DNA of 63,931 nucleotides, counting the filler, from Gonapodya sp. JEL0774 (lineage: Eukaryota): the NCBI GenBank assembly GCA_027604505.1. It is 3 parts of 3 records of this genome, joined end to end, with 100 filler letters (N's around TTAATTAATTAA, not from the genome) between each part and the next. Parts side by side here need not be neighbours in the genome. Positions count along the whole stretch, not along the records: positions 1 to 23,608 come from JADIIX010000232.1; 2 more parts are not named here. One strand, written 5' to 3'. The translations under genes were made by a program, and so were the position numbers. Shown piece after piece: positions 1-12,694 of this stretch. Under the pieces are notes generated by a model. It ran no database searches. It saw only the letters and a program-made list of their open reading frames with translations, and was not told the DNA's origin. The number at the start of each line of letters is the position of its first letter. The first letter of the stretch is position 1.

Positions 1-775
1 TGGTCAGGGCCTTGAGCCCTTCACCAAGGGCCCTTGCTCCGTCGTCTCCGATTTGATTATCTGCACAATAGACCATGACACCGAGTCACATGCCACAAAA
101 GTCAGCTGATTCAACTCACCTCTGAGATCCAAAGTAGTGAGGCTGGTCAGGCCCTTGAGCCCTTCACCAAGGGCATTTGCTCCGTCGTCTCCGATTTGAT
201 TATCTGCGCAATAGACCATGACACCGAGTCATATGCCACAAAAGTCAGCTGACTCAACTCGCCTCTGAGATCCAAAGTAGTGGGGCTGATCAGGCTCTTG
301 AGCCCTTCACCAAGGGCCTTTGCTCCGTCGTCTCCGATTTGATTATCTGCACAATCGACCATGACACCGAGTCACATGTCACAAAAGTCGGCTGATTCAA
401 CTCACGAGTGAGATCCAAAGTAGTGAGGCTGATCAGGCTCTTGAGCCCTTCACCAAGGGCCTTTGCTCCGTCGTCTCCGATTTGATTATCTGCACAATAC
501 ACCATGTCACCGAGTCACATGCCACAAAAGTCGGCTGATTCAACTCACGAGTGAGATCCAAAGTAGTGAGGCTGATCAGGCTCTTGAGCCCTTCAACAAG
601 GGCCTTTGCTCCGTCGTCTCCGATTTGATTATCTGCACAATAGACCACGTCACCGAGTCACATGCCACGAAAGTCGGCTGATTCAACTCACCGGAGAGAT
701 ACAAATGAGTGAGGCTGGTCAGACCCCTGAGCCCTTCACCAAGGGCCCTTGCTCCGTCCGCTCCGATTTCGTTCC
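1..775 (-). repeat. 143-bp tandem repeat, unit = 84-nt LRR exon + 59-nt intron (>=5 units, truncated by window edge)
   Basis: Exons at 120-203, 263-346, 406-489, 549-632, 692-775 and partial 1-60. Introns at 61-119, 204-262, 347-405, 490-548, 633-691, each reading GTGAGTTGAATCAGC...TGCAG or a close variant on the minus strand. The ORF track shows near-identical 71-aa ORFs offset by 143 nt. Confidence 0.95.
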
Positions 776-3370
776 CTGTGAAACCGAACACCTTACTATG
801 AGACACTCGAACGTACAAAGAGGTGAACCTCACGTTGCACATCAAGGTACTGCAAGCCGGTCATTGACCGAAGAGCACCAGCAATTTCAACCATGCCAGT
901 GGGTCCCATTTCAAGTCCTGTGCGAAATTGAAAGAAGTGATCAGTGAAATATTCTCCGAGCGTCAATGGCGCAGTTTATTTGACCTGCGAGGTTGAGTTT
1001 CTGCAAATTCTGCAGATTGGATAGGGCATTCGCGAGAAAGGCTACACCCGATTTCGCAAAGATGTTATCTATCAAATTCCACACCATGAACAAATAAGAA
1101 TATGCAAATCAATAGACGTCATTATTGTACTCAACATGCAACGCTCAAGTGAGTAAGGCTTTGCAGCTTATGGAAGAAAGGGAGCATTGCGCTCATATTC
1201 TCTTCAGTCAACCTAATGCCTTGCAAAGGAAGGGATAATGCTGGGCGAAGTACATAGGCAGGGATATCACGGAAGGGCTACCTGCAAGATTAAGTAGTTG
1301 AAGATGTTCTTTGCCATGAAATATCTCTGATAGCTCTGGGAGGTCCCCAATGGCAGGGTTGCCTAGGAGCAACTCTTTGAGAAACGACAAGGACCACAAC
1401 GTAAGCCACACTCACGAGAGATTTCCAAGAGCATCAATTTGCTGCACTCGACAAGTGCATGGGCAATTGATTCCAGGACCTCCCGATTGATATCTGGACA
1501 TACAAATTGAGTTGCAGACCCACGATTCATGCAGCAGGGTCTCACCTCTCAACCAGATGTGGGTGAGGTCTGGATCCTCTACAGCAATGGCGCCTTCCAA
1601 TTGGTCTATGTCCGTGGTGCTTAATGATTTGCCTGAAAGAGGTCATGACATACAAAGGTTATTACTATAGAACATAAGTTACGTTTCAACAAACCTTGCA
1701 AGAATACTTTGGAAGTATTATTTCGCGCAAGTGGGATGACCGCCATTGCAACAGAGAGATCAAATAGATTCGATGGAATCGAGCCTGCTTTGCCGGTTCG
1801 CAGGTTTCTAACACGGCAAATTGCTTGTTCTTTGTCCCATTGGAGAACTTGGACTGATAGTGATAATCGCCTCCATCAGCATCTCTCCGCAGACAAAAGG
1901 ACAGACTCACCCTCGTCGCCCACGCGTATTTCAATCTCCTTTCGGGCCCGTGGAAGGTGTGCCAATCTGAGATTTGGCAAAAGCTTATGAGTGCAGTTTG
2001 CGACAGCAAAATGAGGGACCTCTGAAGATTCACCTTGCCCGGAGTATCCATCCTCCGAGACTGGCAAAGCACTCGGCGTCCATTGCCTTGAGCTCGTCAA
2101 CCCGATCTTTGTCTATAGATTCATCTGAAAACCAGTATTCGAGTGTTCCGTTAGATGGAGGGTCTGTGTTTGCAGCACTTGAGGGCATATGTAAGTGACT
2201 TCTTGAAACCAACAGAGCCAAAGAAAACGGTAAAGAATCCGACCTTGACGATTCTCGCTCGGTGGCGTAGACTCGGGGCTGGAGATGATGAAGCAGCATT
2301 AAAAATTGTCATAATACGATGATAAGAGTCAGCAGCGAGGGCACCGCTGCGGGGCCAAAGTGCTCACGCGAATGGCCGTACCGTCCTCACGATGTCAGCA
2401 AACGATGGACGCCTGTTGGGATCTCCATCCCAGCACTGTTGCATGAGAGTGACCAGCTCCGGAGAGACGCCTTCCAAACAGGACACATCGGGTCGCTTGT
2501 TGTCAACAATCGCTTGCGCGATCTCGTCATGAGTCTTGTAGCCTTCTAACGGTTTCTTGCCGGCTAAGATCTAACATTCACATATGAGCTCCTATCAGGT
2601 GTTTGCTAAGCGAAAAACTCACTGAGTACATGGTCATGCCATATGCAAACACATCTCCAGCCTTGCTTGTTGGGTCCCCATAAAATCTTTCAGGCGGCAT
2701 ATATGCAGATGTCCCAACCCGGCCACCTTCCGTGTTGTCAAAGTTTCCTGCTTTCACAGACCCAAAGTCAGCAATTCGAGCATTTCCACTGTCATCAACC
2801 ATCACATTTCCGGACTTCAAGTCTGCGTGGGCAATTTCCTGTGAGTGGAGATACTCCATCCCAAGGGCTATGCCGATAACCTGCGAATGAGAACTTTCGG
2901 GCCCGACGACGATGCGCCAAGTAATGAGAAAGAGTGCTCACGAGTTTCATCTTGTCTGCACCTTCCTTCTCCAGATACTTTGCACAATCCCCGTTTTTCA
3001 TGTATGGAGACGCCATGAAGAAGCAATTTCGATCCACGCCATTCCACTTCCACGATTTGCAGCCAGCGCCATAGAGCGGGACCACGTTGGGGTGGTCCTT
3101 CAGCTTCCACCAGGCAGAAGCTTCGCGATGAAAAGCTTGCAGGTGCTCGGGGATATCTGGGTTGGCAAACTTCGGATTCAGGACCTTGATGGCAGCTGAG
3201 ATGCCACGAAGTTCACCCAGGTAAACTATGCTGTAACCCCCTTCACCGACGAAGTACTCTGGACACTTGACCAGCCTCGACTCTTTGAACCACGGCTCCG
3301 CCTCGATCCGGATACTATTCCGCCCCGGTATGGCCCCTATTGATTCCCGGTCCTGCGATGCGGCGAGCAT
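1..3370 (-). CDS. TKL-like (non-RD) protein kinase - SH3 - RNI-like LRR protein, multi-exon, 3' end outside window
   Basis: ATG at 3370. Kinase motifs GEGGYSIVY, AAIK, HADLKSGN, DFG, GTSAYMPPE, DVFAYG and LMQQCWDGDPNRRPSF across spliced exons. Spliced SH3-like segment ILRARLAHLPRARKEIEIRVGDEVQVLQWDKEQAICRVRNLRTGKAGSIPSNLF (~1762-2049). Then about 12 one-LRR exons with phase-1 introns, e.g. 834-917, 692-775, 549-632, 406-489, 263-346, 120-203. Confidence 0.85.
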
Positions 3371-4003
3371 TCTTGGTGAGGGTGGTCAAACAGCGGGAAA
3401 AGTTTTTGCCGAAGGGCGGCTGCAGAGACCTCTTGGACAAAGTACCTGGCACGGCGAAGACTAAATATGATCATTTAAATAGCTGTATCATATCACACTG
3501 CACTACATAGCATCATCTACGTATACAATACGCGTCTCTACGTGATTCCAATTCCCTTCGTGCACGGTCAAGCCATCCTTATCTAACAAGACCACCTGCG
3601 ATCGAGAAGGAGAAGCCAACGTCATAACGGCTCCACTGTTGGATGACGAGGAAGTAAACGACGATGATGAAGATCTGCTGCTTCATTTCATGCAAAAGAG
3701 TATAAATAGAAGAATGCAACAAACGATAAACATGGATGACACGGAGCTTGCAAAAACAACAACAGCAACGCTCTGACTCATTTTTACACAAGCGTGTTTA
3801 TCATTGATTTAATGATGACCAATGGTGATGGTGCTGAGATGGGTTGGGTGAACCTTTGAATTTGTAACTCGACACATTTGATTAGTCGAAAATTGTAGGC
3901 TTCAAAGACATGGGAACGGATTCCCATGTCTCGTGTATTCGGGAAAAGTGTATGACAGAAAAAGAGAGGGCTGAGATGCCCAGAATAGAAAGTAGCTAGC
4001 AAT

Positions 4004-4705
4004 CTAAGTGTCCGGCGCTGCAGCAGTAGCTGCCCCTCCGATTCCCCCCAAGGTGTCATCATTGACGAGACTAGACATCAAATCCAAATCCAAATCCAGA
4101 TCCATCCCCACCGAGGGCTCCGTGATCCCATTCAAACGACCTTCAAGGAAGGTGACCCGGGAAACCAAGTCGTCCACGCGGAGAGTCAACGCCCAAAGGT
4201 GACTGGGGAAATTGCCACGCTGGGCCTCGGGGTGAGGGGGTTGAAACGAATTGGTCCGCCACCAAGCGGGGCAGCAGGAAAACTGCAGCGGGAGCCACTG
4301 CAGCAGAAGCATCCACGGTGGCGTTCACCTCCTCGAGTGTATCCCGGAGTGCACGAATTTCCGCGGGGGTAGTGTAGCCGGGGTGTGCAAACTTCAGGCG
4401 GGGGCAGTTGGAGTTGCACAAGTAGAGAAGGTAGTTCCTGCAGATTCCCCTGAGGGTCAGCAGGACGAAAAGGTAACGGGGGGGAAGCGAGAGGAAGGAG
4501 CGAAAGGGGTGGTGGGCAGCCCAAGCACAAGCCCAAGCAGTCATCGATCAGCGTCAGGTGTAAGGGCGCAGGCAAGGTGCCTCAGGGACGGCCTCACCTT
4601 CTCTGAGCGGAGCTCAGAAGTCGTAGCCAAACAGCGGGTGACATAGGAGGTGTTCCTACGTCGGGAAGAGGGGAAGACGCGGGCCGGGGATGCGATGATG
4701 CCATG
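4004..4705 (-). pseudogene. Decayed ORF with a CCCH-like zinc finger and a short coiled coil
   Basis: CRNYLLYLCNSNCPRLKFAH and TLRVDDLVSRVTFLEGRLNG occur in different frames, with stops and frameshifts around them. Confidence 0.3.
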
Positions 4706-5850
4706 CCACAATTCGTGGGATAAGCTGACAAAGAGGCACGGGAGCCGTGATGAGCCTCAAACCATCTCAGAAGCCGCTTGAGAGCAGTTCTGCAAGGTGT
4801 CAACGTACCAGAAAAGGGTGGGTGTGGTGGGTGCGATTGGTAATTCGGAATGCGATGATTTCGTTTGGAGAGAAACGAAGGTTGTGTGGTGAGGGACAAC
4901 GGTCCATGTGCGGCCTTTTATCGCACGCCTCCACACAGATTATCCGAACCTCAGCTGATTTTGGTAACTCAGCTTCATCGGTTGCAGCGGGAGAATCGGG
5001 TTAATGGGTTAATACGGGTGTAGACCGTATTGGTGGCTCTGCGGGAATTTAATTTCTTACGGCTTTGGTCTTCCGGTGCCCACCGAACTAGTTGACCTTC
5101 ACGGTAAACTCAGTTTCCAACTTCGTTCGAATTGCAGGAATCCACCCGTCTCAAAGGAGGGGAGCGATACTCCCAAACCGACTCGATCCCTCAAGCGCAA
5201 CTCAGTTTATAGTGGATGGTCTCAGAATCCACTTGAATGTGGGGGGCCATTTTGCTGGTGTGGAGGATGCAGCGAGAAGTTCAATAGATGCACTCGAGTG
5301 AGTCCACTTTTCGTCGCATTACCGGCATGACCCATCATATCCGCCCTCCCATTGCAATACATTTGTTTACTAGACGATTTTTATGGAAAGATCCATCTCC
5401 GCGAACCTCCGTCTCATACGCGGAGTCTTCCTCAAGTCCCGAGAAACTCTGCATCCTCCTGGCATCATCCTCGGCATGCCGATGGGACGTCTAATGAATC
5501 TGTGTTACGACAGTGGATGGGGAACGGATTGCCTGCTTCTGCAAACTTCAATGGTGTCTGGGACATACCGGGAACTGATATTTTTGGAATAGGCAGCCGT
5601 CGCTCTAACGGCAGATCTCTTGTGCCGAAGCAACCGTCCTTTCTCCCATTCACTTCTCATGATTGTAGTTTTGGACAGGAGCTCGGGCACTCCAACTCGT
5701 CAACGAACCCGTTCGTGCAACAAGTAAATGTGCCTCAACCGTCATCCTCGTCTCAATGGCCTCCGTATTCTTCATGGGATCCTGCTCTCTCTTCTATCCA
5801 ACAGTGCCGAACTGAGTATTATGGTACCAACTCTGGACTTGCAGAGCTTG

Positions 5851-6315
5851 TGTCGGGGGAAGGAGTATGCACGGAGCTACGGGCTAAGGGCGTAGTGGTT
5901 TGGGTTAGTCTAGAGCACGAGCGCGATGTAAAGAACGAGAATAGAACGCCTAGAGAGAGAAGAATCGCCAGTGAGGGAGTGAGGAGCCAAGGGATGCCGA
6001 TCACGAGAAGATAGGGACGAGGACGGGGACGAGCAAGGACCACACGATGTAAGAGGGAAAAGCCAGTGTATTCGTACGTAAAGTCTCTCTGGAAACTACT
6101 AAGAAGTTCGTCGTTTATAAGCTAAAGACTATGTGGTCGCGGGTCGCGCCGCAGTGTGCCACATGCCGCTGAGACCATACCCCAAGTACAAAATGTCCAA
6201 GAAAAGAGACCAAGTCCGACACCAAACTAACCTAATAAAGTCCAAGCGCCACATGCGGCTAGTGTCCGAGATCCAGTCCGAATGCAACTTTCCATGTCAG
6301 GCCGAGACCCTGACA
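5851..6315 (-). mobile_element. Solo LTR (465 bp) with 4-bp target-site duplication
   Basis: Termini TGTCGGGG...CCCTGACA give TG..CA ends with a 7/8 inverted match. CTTG flanks both sides (5847-5850 and 6316-6319). A TATA-like CTTATAAA is present on the minus strand. No internal coding region or second LTR. Confidence 0.7.
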
Positions 6316-9300
6316 CTTGCACGTGAATCAAGCGAATCAAGATCAACTTCTTGATGTTGGAGGGGGATCAAATGCTGCTTTACCGTCGCACACACTGCAC
6401 TCGCTCAGATTAGGCTCGTAAGAGGGGCATTCCCGCCAACTCTCTTAATCGCCCGAGCTCTTTTCTTTCCAACTGGAGTGAAGGCCTCTTAGTTTTAAAA
6501 GTCCTTCCCATGTATTCCAAAGGCCGAGCTGGCCAGATGACAGAAATAAGGCTAGGACTAATAGACCATGTTACACTATATGAGGCCAACGCAATCACCC
6601 AACAAGTGTCCAAAGGGGAAGTCCTGATGGGATTATGCCAACGGGGAGGGGGGTGTAAGCATAAAATAAAACCAACTTTACTTGATTCCCGAAGAGTCCT
6701 GCTTCACTTCCCGCCAGCGTTTGATCCGCTCTGCATGACCACATCGGTGTCCTTGTGGTTCTCCTCTACTCCTAGCGTAACCATGTTCGCCTCCAGCGTA
6801 TCCAGACGGAGAACTAGCTTGTGCGGGACTTCGTTCCGGGGGCCTGCTTGGTGGTGAGATTGGGGAGGGTGACGGCGATAGGGTGGACTGAGGAGGCGAC
6901 GGTGCTGATGTGGTGCTCCAGATTCACAAGCTGACCCCATGTTTGTAACCTGGTGAGATAGGTCGGTGATTAGGTTGGAGAGAATGTTGGTGATCGCGGA
7001 TTCGGCCGAGGAGCCACTGTTGGAGGGGCATGGTCACCGTTGGTGCGGGGCCGTTTGTGAGGGGATTGGGTGTGGCTGGCCGCGTTGGTACCAGTGCTGG
7101 AGGATGCCCTGGCACTGTCGTCGGATTTTTTGAGGCGGTTGACGAACTGCTCGCCGAGTGCCGTGATCTGGTCTGGTGTCAGCGACGATGGGTCCGGGTG
7201 GCTGCAGCTGCAGCTGGGGAGGCGGTTGCATTTCTTCCCAGTGATGAGAGAGAGGCAGATTTTCTCGAGAGAGAGAGCGCCTTAGGCGCGGGTAGGATGG
7301 TTGATGCCATGTGGGAGGCAGTTGGGGAGGTTGGCCAAAGCCGGGGGCACACCCGATCGATCAGCCGGCAAGCACGTGAACATTGAGAAGTAAGGTGGGC
7401 CGGAACGAGGTCATGCTGCACCCACCTTTTATCTCTTCAGAGATGCTGTTCTCGTTCATATTCCACAGTCGTTCGCACCAGAGCCGGCGTGGTGGTCAGG
7501 AGCAGTGGATCGTGTTGTGCGGCAGGGATCACGCCCTCAGTGCAATTCTGGCTCGAGGACCAACCGTAGGTTAAGTGCCTACCATACACACGCTCGAAGC
7601 GCATGGTGCCATACTCACAAAGAGGATTGGGAGGGCGGGATTTTCTGCAGACTGCGTGGGGACAGTCGCGAGTGCAGACCGAGGGAGTTGGGATGCGGTG
7701 CATTCCCATCCGTCTTCATGTAGCAGTTCCTGCTTGGATATACATACTTGGATACAGTAAAATGTATATTCAATTGGATATACTATATCCGCAGAGGTCC
7801 GGCCTTGCCATTTGTTTATGTCCGCCGGCGAAGTAGTTGACCACTGCGTGGCAAACCAACTTTCTCTTACGAAACTCGGTACAAGCAAAACAACATCACT
7901 AAGTTTATGTCTCTGCCAACCGCAACTCTTCCCGAAAGTGTGGCCTCGCTTGGTGCTTTCCCTTCTTTGTACGTGACTGATTCTGCGCACCTGACATCTT
8001 GGCCGTGGAATCCCAACAAACTAATTGATGAATGGGAGAGGGACCATGGTCTCACAAACCCAGGATTCGTGCTGAAGTATCCTCCAATAACTCTCGAGGC
8101 AGCTCAACGCAAATCTGGAAACTGGGCACGACAACCTAGTGTAGATGCGTACGTGAGGAGCCACCTCGGGATTTTGAACAAAAACTGCTGCGACTGGGTG
8201 AAGAAATCGACGAACAAGAAGCGTGGCTACGAGGTCCTCAAAAGTATGAACGGAAGCGTTACAGATTTTGAGAGAGTGTGTGGGACAACTTTTTCATCTG
8301 TCTCGAAGAGCATTAGAATACCACGGGACAGATGCATTTGTAACACGATTGTGACAGGTGCCTTTGTGTTACGAACATGTAGACAACATTATTTTTCCGT
8401 TACAAAATAAAAGATGCGAATACTGAGCAAGGATTATAAAATAGTGTGCGGCAATAAATAACAGTTCCTCATACTAGCAGGACGGTAACACGCTTTAAAA
8501 GCAACCTCACAATCCACCTCGGCCCGCTCCACTTGAGATTGCCGAACCCCGAAGTGAAGAACGGACCCTGCATCGAATCCGCGCCAGGAATTGAAACACG
8601 GGATCGGGTCATATCCAAAACTTTTCGACATCGGTGGATGAAATGCTAAGTGCGTCATTGAAGTAGAGGAGAAAGTTGGTCCGACCACCTTCAGAGGGCC
8701 AGGGGCACGATCAGATTGTTTCCATTGATGCGTTCAACAGTCAGCTGCTCTCACTCACGTTTTATGAATAGCTAAGTGGTTGATAACGTCCGACACAGTG
8801 ATGTTCCCGACATCGGCATTGGCACTTCGGATTGCCCAATGAGTACCTTTTCAATCAGCAGGTTTGTGATTAGTAAAGACGCTTCACATAATCGGGTACA
8901 ACAAGTCAGCTTCTTCGAACTTGCCTGTCCCCCTCGGGTTGTGCGTGGTGTAGTGGCCGTGGATAATTACCTGATCGGCCTCGTCAAACCCGTCCTCAAC
9001 ATCCTCGTCATCATCCTGCATCCCCTCTTCGCCACCATGATCTCATTCTGCCTCAGCATCCTCCCCATCCTGCTCCGCTTCCACACCGTTTCCCGACTCT
9101 TCTTTGGTTTCGGCCACGAAGGCTCCTTATCAGCGGTGAGATCACTCAATATGTTTATTGCTGAGCTAAGAAAGTCCATCAAGACGGGCCGCGATTTCAT
9201 GGAGGCGGTCAGCGTACCGGGCACGAGCGTGGGCGGGGAAAAGAGGTCCACTTCGACGACCTGTGATAGCGACGGGGTTCATGATGGTGATGACAGGACA

Positions 9301-9889
9301 AAGCTCGGGGAAGTGTGCCGCGGTCCACACAACAAGTTCTTCGTACGCTAAAGTGTAAAAAACATTTCTGCAAAACTGGTTTGTTCAAAACGAGTCCCAT
9401 AGATTCGCAACACTCACTACTGGGCTGTTTCATGTGCGCTCCAAATGCCACCTTGATCCACTCGGGCAGCTTGTCAACGGAGTCTAACAGACCAATGACG
9501 AGGTTCTCAATCTTGACGGTTGGAGTTGTCCCCGCACGACTGGCGGTGATTGTCATGAACAGAATCTGTTTGTGAAACAACAAACAGCGAAATTCTCACA
9601 GCTCAACAACGTCACAAGTGAATAAACGCTAAGCGAACACGCACCAATGTGTAGACTTTTGCGGCGTAGACTAGCTTCGTGGAATTCACTGCGCAAACTT
9701 CGTAGAGCTTTAGAAGCGTCAGGACGGAGATCACTGCGGCACGGCGCTCAACACCAGCATCCTCTGCGAAGTCTTTGTCAAGGCAGCTCCGAAGTTCCTG
9801 CGCAAATCACAAAATGAGTTCTCTTGACGTTTTCCAAAGGAGAATCAAAAGATTGAACTACATACCTCGATTGCTATGCAATAGCCAGA

Positions 9890-12425
9890 GTGTGTGCTGT
9901 GGCCATGCCCTCTGTGGCCACAGGCCACCCACACACTCTCTCCTCCCACATGTTTTTCCCCCATTTCTCCCCTTTCCTCCCTTTCCTCCCCTTTCCACCC
10001 CTGAAATCCTCTTTGTTCGCTCACACTCGGACTTTCATTCCTTCTTCTGGTACTTGGAATTCGCACCTCCGTCCTCGAGCCACCCCAATCACCCCCTACT
10101 GCTGGCCCCGCCCAAAGCACTCGCGTTCCCTCCATCGTTCCCCGAATCAATAGAGCATCGCGACGGTAGAACTGAGGTTGTCAAAGGACGGAAGGTCGTG
10201 GTCCACCCCGGCAGGCGCGGTGGACAGAGACAGGGTCCCGCTGCACTCGTCCTGTGGATCGGGATTGTCCGGGTTCCTGGTGTCCAACATGTCGGCTGCG
10301 CTCCGTGCAGTCCCGTCCACAGACCACCTCCCCCGACCCTTGCGCTTTGTGGGCCTCCGCATCCATCGTCGCCACCGTCCTCTCCTCCCTAACCACCACC
10401 TCTTCCTTCAACGTCCCGTCCACACCCAGCACCCCCACCACCCCAACCACTCGCATCCCTCGCCGATGGGGGAGGAGGGAAGGGGGAAGCATGAAATTGG
10501 GGGGATGAGGCACGGAGTTTCACGACCGCGCGTAAGTTGGTGGGTTGTGTCAGGTTGTTGATTGATGCGTATCACTCACCAAACCAATTCCTCGTCCTCA
10601 AATAATGCAAACCGGGCGTCCCCAACCCAAGCCACCGCCTCGACCCGCTCCCACTCCGCCTCCCTCCTCTCGTCCCACTCGCTCACCTCGCTCGCCACCA
10701 CGGCCTCAGCGTTCTCGGCCGTATCCACCGGATCGTCGTCAGGAATGTTGTACACAGAGGCGATCACGGGCGTGGGGTTCCCCGTGGCGACCCACGTGGT
10801 CACCGTTGTGAGCAGCGATTGCGGGGAGCGTGATGGGGCGGCTGGTGTTGATCGTGTCGTCGTCAACGGTGGAGGACAGGCACCGCAGCAGCAGTTCAGT
10901 ACTTTGAAACAGGTGGAGTTGACGCAGATGGCCCACGTGGGGGGTAGTAACACGTAGTCGGCGACCACTTCAATGGACGATCTCACAGCGGCACCGACGC
11001 CTGCACCAACACCCACTCGCACTACCGCCCGCACCACCATCCTCGCATCCCTCCTCAACAAACTCGAAAGGGCGTCGGTCCAACGAATTGCGTGCCTTTG
11101 TGGCGTCGACTCCTACTCCGACACCTCTAACACGGGCGACTCCTTTCCGGGGCCTCGCAGTGGATCGCGTGGTGTCTGCGGCGTCGATGCTCATTGAGAT
11201 CGGGGTGAGGAAGGTCATCTACGCAGGTGGTGGAGGTGGGGGTGGACGGAAGGGAAGAGGGTGGATTATGTTTTTCGGGTTTGGAGCAGGAGGTGGTGGT
11301 GGAACCCGTGCGGCGACCGGAAAACGCACTCAATGGGCGCGTGGTCTCTCGGGATCCAGCACGACATTGGTGCCGGTGCTCCTGAGGCTCTGTCACTCAC
11401 ACCTGGTCACGGCCAGGGCCAACCGGCCCTCCCGATCCCGTCCCGCGCTCCCGGGCCGCTCAAACACCCGTCGCTGTCTCCATTGCGCACGTCCATGGTC
11501 CACGTCCACTGCGCCGACCAGCCACGGGGCAATGGGGATGGGGCGGAGACGGCAATGATGCAGAGACGAACACGTTCCCGCCGAACCACTCCACGAGGTC
11601 ACCGAGAGGAACAGCATGGTCCGTGCGAGACGGGGACTGTGGTGCTGGCGGTGTCCACTTTCAACTGCATGTCGGTGGCGATGGTGATGGGTTCGGCTTT
11701 GGGCGGGATCGGAGCGCGGTCACAGGGGAGAAGGCCGGTGGTGATATGGAGGGAGCGGGGGAGACTTGGGAGGCTAAGATGCGCCGAGGCCGAGCGTTAG
11801 CGATAGGGAGAGGAGTGTGGAGGGAGATGTCGGTGTGGAAACCGGACGGACTGGGATGAAAGGGTCTGGGGTGTCTGGAGCTGGAGCAGCGGCACGATCA
11901 GCGACCCTGTGCCCTCCCCACAGCCGCCTCTCCCTCCAATCCCGACCATTCTACTCCCCCGAAACATAACTTCCTTCAGTAGACGTTTGCGAAGTTGACG
12001 GGGAGGAAGCAGCGCAAGAAGAGGGGAGCGGGGAGTAACGGGAGTGTGAACAAGATGGAGGAGGACAGGATGGATGGGAGCAAAGCCAGCGGAACGGGGA
12101 ATGGGTATGTGGGTACTCCGTCATGGTGTGGTCAGGGACAAGGAGGGGTTTGTAGGAAGATGGTACGTGCGACTGTTCTTGTTGTGGTGACACCGGATTT
12201 TGGAAGTTATCATTTTTCCTGTGTTCCTTTCTTTGTTTCGATATCTTACTTATCCTGACATGGACGATATCAAACATCCGCTCCACCTACCAACACCGTT
12301 CCCCGTATCAGGTGCGCTAACCGCGCTTCCATTCCCTTCGCTCTTGGGGTTCGTGACCGAGTCTGAATCGAACAAGGAGGGTGGAGGGCTTGGTCTTCTG
12401 GACGAGATGATGTCAAGGTGGAGGA
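9890..12425 (-). repeat. Left arm of a long degenerate inverted repeat (partner 20799-23063); GC-rich decayed gene fragment
   Basis: Opposite-strand ORFs share long peptides with the partner, e.g. LLVPDHTxTEYxHTHSPFRWLCSHP and TTVTTWVATGNPTPVIxSVYNIPDDDPVDTAENAEAVVASEVSEWDERREAE. Nucleotide alignment by eye is continuous with indels. Confidence 0.9.
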
Positions 12426-12694
12426 AGACAGTGCTGGGATGGGGGACCGGCAGCAGCACGTGACACTCGTTACTGTGGCAAGTACAGATATAGGGGAGCA
12501 GCGGATGAGCTGGACGATGAGTACATGACAGCTGATGAGCGGTGCGGTCGCACAGGTGACGGGTGGAATTAGTGCGCCGGGCGGCGAATTGGGTCTTGGG
12601 TTAGGGTTACCAACAAAGCTTTCAACACTTGGCACTTATTGTAATAGCTCCACCAAAAATACACAGCAATTGCGTGATCATCAGAGTATTTGAA

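Noticed and set aside
4..648. Four separate 71-aa genes in the ORF track
   Set aside because: They are unspliced read-throughs of the exon-intron repeat of one gene.
1..775. CRISPR-like regular repeat array
   Set aside because: The whole 143-bp unit is repeated with no unique spacers, it resolves into LRR exons and introns, and there are no cas genes.
9775..12460. Many overlapping ORFs on both strands (also 20794-23250 and 38148-41200)
   Set aside because: These arise from GC-rich low-complexity sequence with few stops. There is no coherent protein apart from the NAD kinase exons, and the inverted arms have frame-breaking indels.
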